Positions 60,966 to 64,000 of a DNA stretch of 64,000 nucleotides are shown piece by piece. The position numbers and the translations under genes were made by a program. The stretch lies in NCBI GenBank assembly GCA_039024555.1, contig JBCCQQ010000005.1, positions 1 through 64,000 on the forward strand, given 5' to 3'. The DNA is from Cyanobacteria bacterium P01_D01_bin.156 (GTDB lineage Bacteria; Cyanobacteriota; Cyanobacteriia; Phormidesmidales; Phormidesmidaceae). A model generated the notes under the pieces. The model was not told where the DNA came from. It made no database searches and worked only from the letters and a program-made list of their open reading frames with translations. Numbering within the stretch: position 1 is the first letter of the stretch; each line of letters opens with the position of its first letter.

Positions 60966-61889
60966 ATGGATATTGCACCCATTATTCCCACCGCTGTTGT
61001 TACCCTACGGGAAGGTGTGGAAGCAGCATTGGTGGTGGGTATTGTACTGGCTTGCTTAAATAAAGCAGGGCAAACAGAACTCAACCGCTGGGTCCTGGGT
61101 GGGGTATTGGCGGGGGTATTAGGTAGTGCCTTAATTGGCTCCTTTTTGGGGTTAGGCATCCAACAGCTGCAATATGCTATGCCCAATGCTCAGCAATTGC
61201 TTAAACCCATATTGGGAATTTTATTTGGCAGTATCGCCATTGTGATGCTGAGTTGGATGTTGCTATGGATGACCCGTCAGGCTCGCTTGTTAAAGACAGA
61301 AATTGGCAATAGCGTCACAGATGCTCTTTCCAGTGAAGCGGCAGGACTCAGTATTTTTAGCTTGGTCTGCATTGCAGTGCTTCGAGAAGGATTCGAAGCA
61401 GTTTTATTTTTGTTTACCCAGCAATCCCAGCCCTTGGCAACTAGCTTACTAGGTGTTTTTGTAGGGCTCTTGGGTGCTGTTTTAGTTGGATTTAGTCTGT
61501 TTAGGTGGGGCGTTCGCATCGACTTAAAACTATTTTTTCAGGTGATGGGGGTGTTACTACTGCTAATTATTGCGGGGCTGGTGGTGTCAGTATGTCGAAA
61601 TTGTGATGTTACGTTTGCGGTACTCAGCAATATGACCACATTGGATCTGTGTGTTGGCTTTGGGCAGTCTTGCGTGCTGGGTCCTCTGGTATGGGATACC
61701 AGCAATATTTTGCCGGATAAGCAATTCCCTGGGGTAATTTTAAAAGTACTATTGGGGTATCGCGATCGCATCTATATCGTTCAACTGCTAGCCTACGTCC
61801 TGTTCTGGCTTGTCATTGGTAGCCGATACTTCCGCAGTCTTAACCACCCCCCCCAAAGCAAAACGATATCCACTGCTAAACCTCTCTAG
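60966..61889 (+). CDS. FTR1 family iron permease
   Basis: Two REGxE motifs (REGVEA, REGFEA) and multiple TM helices. Confidence 0.93.
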   Translation: MDIAPIIPTAVVTLREGVEAALVVGIVLACLNKAGQTELNRWVLGGVLAGVLGSALIGSFLGLGIQQLQYAMPNAQQLLKPILGILFGSIAIVMLSWMLLWMTRQARLLKTEIGNSVTDALSSEAAGLSIFSLVCIAVLREGFEAVLFLFTQQSQPLATSLLGVFVGLLGAVLVGFSLFRWGVRIDLKLFFQVMGVLLLLIIAGLVVSVCRNCDVTFAVLSNMTTLDLCVGFGQSCVLGPLVWDTSNILPDKQFPGVILKVLLGYRDRIYIVQLLAYVLFWLVIGSRYFRSLNHPPQSKTISTAKPL

Positions 61890-61914
61890 GCGTAGGTGTT
61901 TAGCCGATAAAGCA

Positions 61915-61963
61915 ATGCTGGCAATCGACTGATTACATACAGCCGATTGCCAGCATAAAAAAA
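61915..61963. terminator. Hairpin between convergent genes
   Basis: ATGCTGGCAATCG...CGATTGCCAGCAT followed by an A-run (a T-run on the minus strand). Confidence 0.65.
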
Positions 61964-61967
61964 GTTA

Positions 61968-62058
61968 AGCGTTGCCAATCCTCAGGATGGCTTCAGTGCT
62001 CAAATTCTGAACCTTGCAAAGTTCTGTGGGGCGTTTTGATTCCTAAATCAGCAACGGT
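61968..62058. mobile_element. 91-bp MITE copy 5 (degenerate)
   Basis: AGCGTTGCCAATCCTCAGGATG ... CCTAAATCAGCAACGGT; same length as the other copies; no clear target duplication. Confidence 0.7.
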
Positions 62059-62100
62059 AGCGCCGCAGGCTCTAGCGGTTAAACCAGCAGCAATCCGCTT

Positions 62101-62475
62101 TTAAGAGCTTTTGGTACTATCAGAGTCGCTTTGATCCAACAGGCGCTCAAAGCGATCCTTCGACCAACGGTCCGTGGCGTAGGAAATGGCACTAATTTCG
62201 GCTAATCGAATCAACCAAACTGTCCGCTGATAGGGATCATCGGGTAGCTCATCATCTTCGTAACCCTCAGCAACATCCACATCAACCACTTCCACATAAT
62301 CACTGTCTAAATAAATAGGGATGCCTACTAATCTTGTCCCTGGCATCCGAAACCAAACTTCACTACCGGTATGGAGTGCCTCTTCTAGTCGCTTATAGAG
62401 GCGTGTTGGTTTAGACGTTTTGTAAACGGTGGGCTCTGGTTCATGCTGGATGAGTGGTCGAGGGGTATCTTGCAT
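62101..62475 (-). CDS. Conserved hypothetical protein (Sm/LSm-like beta fold possible)
   Basis: GGAG RBS; W..IRL.EI.AI motif. Confidence 0.65.
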   Translation of the reverse strand: MQDTPRPLIQHEPEPTVYKTSKPTRLYKRLEEALHTGSEVWFRMPGTRLVGIPIYLDSDYVEVVDVDVAEGYEDDELPDDPYQRTVWLIRLAEISAISYATDRWSKDRFERLLDQSDSDSTKSS

Positions 62476-62897
62476 GCTTCTCTCCTTTTGCTCAATACAC
62501 AAGGCCATATATAAGGCCACCGATTTCACTAAACAAAGATGGCTCCGCTTAGTCCAAACCAGTGGTTTTAGAGCTGGATATTTGGCATCTATCTACCGAC
62601 GCAACACCTCCCAATCCATCGTTAACAACAGGTAAATAGAATCAGCCTAGGGTTTCTACACTGCTCTCCAATAGTTATAGACAGCCCAAAAAGCCACTGG
62701 AAAGCTACGTCTGTAACTTTTAGGTAAGTCTACACCATACTAATTTAGACGACCATTTAATAACCTTGTGGGATTCCCTAAATCCTTTAAGCAAAGTGCA
62801 CTAGGTCTAGTGCGCTTTGCTTAAATCTAAAAATTAGGCTTGAGACAACAAGTGGAGGTCCAATTTAGCAACGTTTTAGCTAATATCTCAAACAAAA

Positions 62898-63398
62898 CTA
62901 ACTCTGCTTAATGCGCATCAGGGGCTGGCCAAATTCTACAGGCTCAGCATTTTGTACCAGGATTTCCACCACTTCACCAGAGACTTCAGCCTCCAGCTCA
63001 TTCATTAGCTTCATGGCTTCGATAATGCAGACCGTTTGGCCCACCTTAATGCGATCGCCTGCATCTACAAACGGTGCTTCATCAGGAGCCGGGGACCGAT
63101 AAAACGTACCCACCATCGGAGAAGTAAGCTCATAAAGATCAGACGCTACCGCAGGAGGAGCCACAGGTTCTGATGTTGCAGCAGGCGCTGGCACCGCCGC
63201 CGCGACTGGGGCGGACATGGACGATACCGGTGCCGCCTGCATAGAAGACGCATCAGAAGCAACTACCACCGCCTGACTAGGGGCAGTTGCTTTACGCAAC
63301 GTCAGCTCGAACTGAGGATTTTTGAGCGTCAGCTCAGCAATATCTGTCTGGTCTAGGGCCGCGACTAGCTGACGAAGCTCGCTAAAATCCAAATCCAC
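62898..63398 (-). CDS. accB: Acetyl-CoA carboxylase biotin carboxyl carrier protein
   Basis: [17 protein letters not shown]. Confidence 0.97.
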   Translation of the reverse strand: MDLDFSELRQLVAALDQTDIAELTLKNPQFELTLRKATAPSQAVVVASDASSMQAAPVSSMSAPVAAAVPAPAATSEPVAPPAVASDLYELTSPMVGTFYRSPAPDEAPFVDAGDRIKVGQTVCIIEAMKLMNELEAEVSGEVVEILVQNAEPVEFGQPLMRIKQS

Positions 63399-63472
63399 TG
63401 TTTACAACTCCTAATGAACGATAAAGGCACCCCTGCAATATTGCCTGGATGCATAGGGGACTGAGTTTCGCC

Positions 63473-64000
63473 TTATTCTCGACCCAGGTAAGAATCGTTA
63501 CGGGTATCGATTTTAATTCTCTCGCCAATTGAGATAAATAAAGGCACCATTACCTGAGCGCCGGTCTCTACGGTGGCTGGCTTTGTTCCGCCTGTAGCCG
63601 TGTCTCCCTTAACACCGGGGTCGGTTTGAGTCACCTCTAGCACCACTGAGTTGGGTAGATCAACTTCTAAAACCTGGCCGTTCCAAGTTAGAACCGTTAC
63701 TTCCATCTCTTCTTTCAAGTACTTAACCTGAGGACCAATTTGCTCCGCTGTTAGGCGAGATTCCTCATAGGTTTCCATATCCATAAAGACATATTGCTCC
63801 GCCTCTCGATACGTATGCTGCTGCACGCTCTTCTCTAGAATTGCCTGGGGAACTGTTTCACCCGCTCGGAATGTACGCTCGACTACGCTGCCCGATTGTG
63901 CATTCTTCAGCTTAGTGCGAACAAATGCGGCTCCTTTTCCAGGTTTCACGTGAAGAAATTCCACAACTCGCCACACGGAACCATCAAGTTCAATGCTAGT
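63473..64000 (-). CDS. efp: Elongation factor P (5' end outside window)
   Basis: [23 protein letters not shown]; efp-accB synteny. Confidence 0.97.
   Translation of the reverse strand, partial: TSIELDGSVWRVVEFLHVKPGKGAAFVRTKLKNAQSGSVVERTFRAGETVPQAILEKSVQQHTYREAEQYVFMDMETYEESRLTAEQIGPQVKYLKEEMEVTVLTWNGQVLEVDLPNSVVLEVTQTDPGVKGDTATGGTKPATVETGAQVMVPLFISIGERIKIDTRNDSYLGRE

Noticed and set aside
4022..63102. Many short antisense or overlapping ORFs in the six-frame track
   Set aside because: They are shadows of well-supported genes and have no motifs of their own.

Overview
This is a cyanobacterial chromosomal window, with many HIP1 GCGATCGC sites and Uma2, DUF928, DUF1350 and alr0857-type genes; a filamentous Leptolyngbya-like host is likely, but that is inference. 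The left ~26 kb is accessory DNA that ends at the 3' end of tRNA-Val(GAC). It holds an ISAzo13 transposase tail, a 288-bp MITE and a REP-flanked RAYT transposase broken by a 91-bp MITE. Next come a coupled TIR-AAA_35 / AAA_35-TM-coiled-coil-CHAT protease gene pair (the best candidate for an undescribed immune or signalling system) and a PotABCD-like ABC transporter plus amidohydrolase operon behind a canonical NtcA class II promoter. The accessory part ends with a type I restriction-modification locus carrying cargo genes. The right ~38 kb is mostly core genome: trmB, gcvT, queG, a guanidine-I riboswitch-controlled guanidine hydrolase/ABC operon, pip, glgX, an FTR1 permease, accB and efp. It also contains a TPR-CD225 (dispanin-like) fusion and a TIGR03032 pseudogene. 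Five copies of a ~91-bp MITE are scattered through the window. No CRISPR array or rRNA was seen. All family calls come from recognising motifs by eye; no database searches were run.
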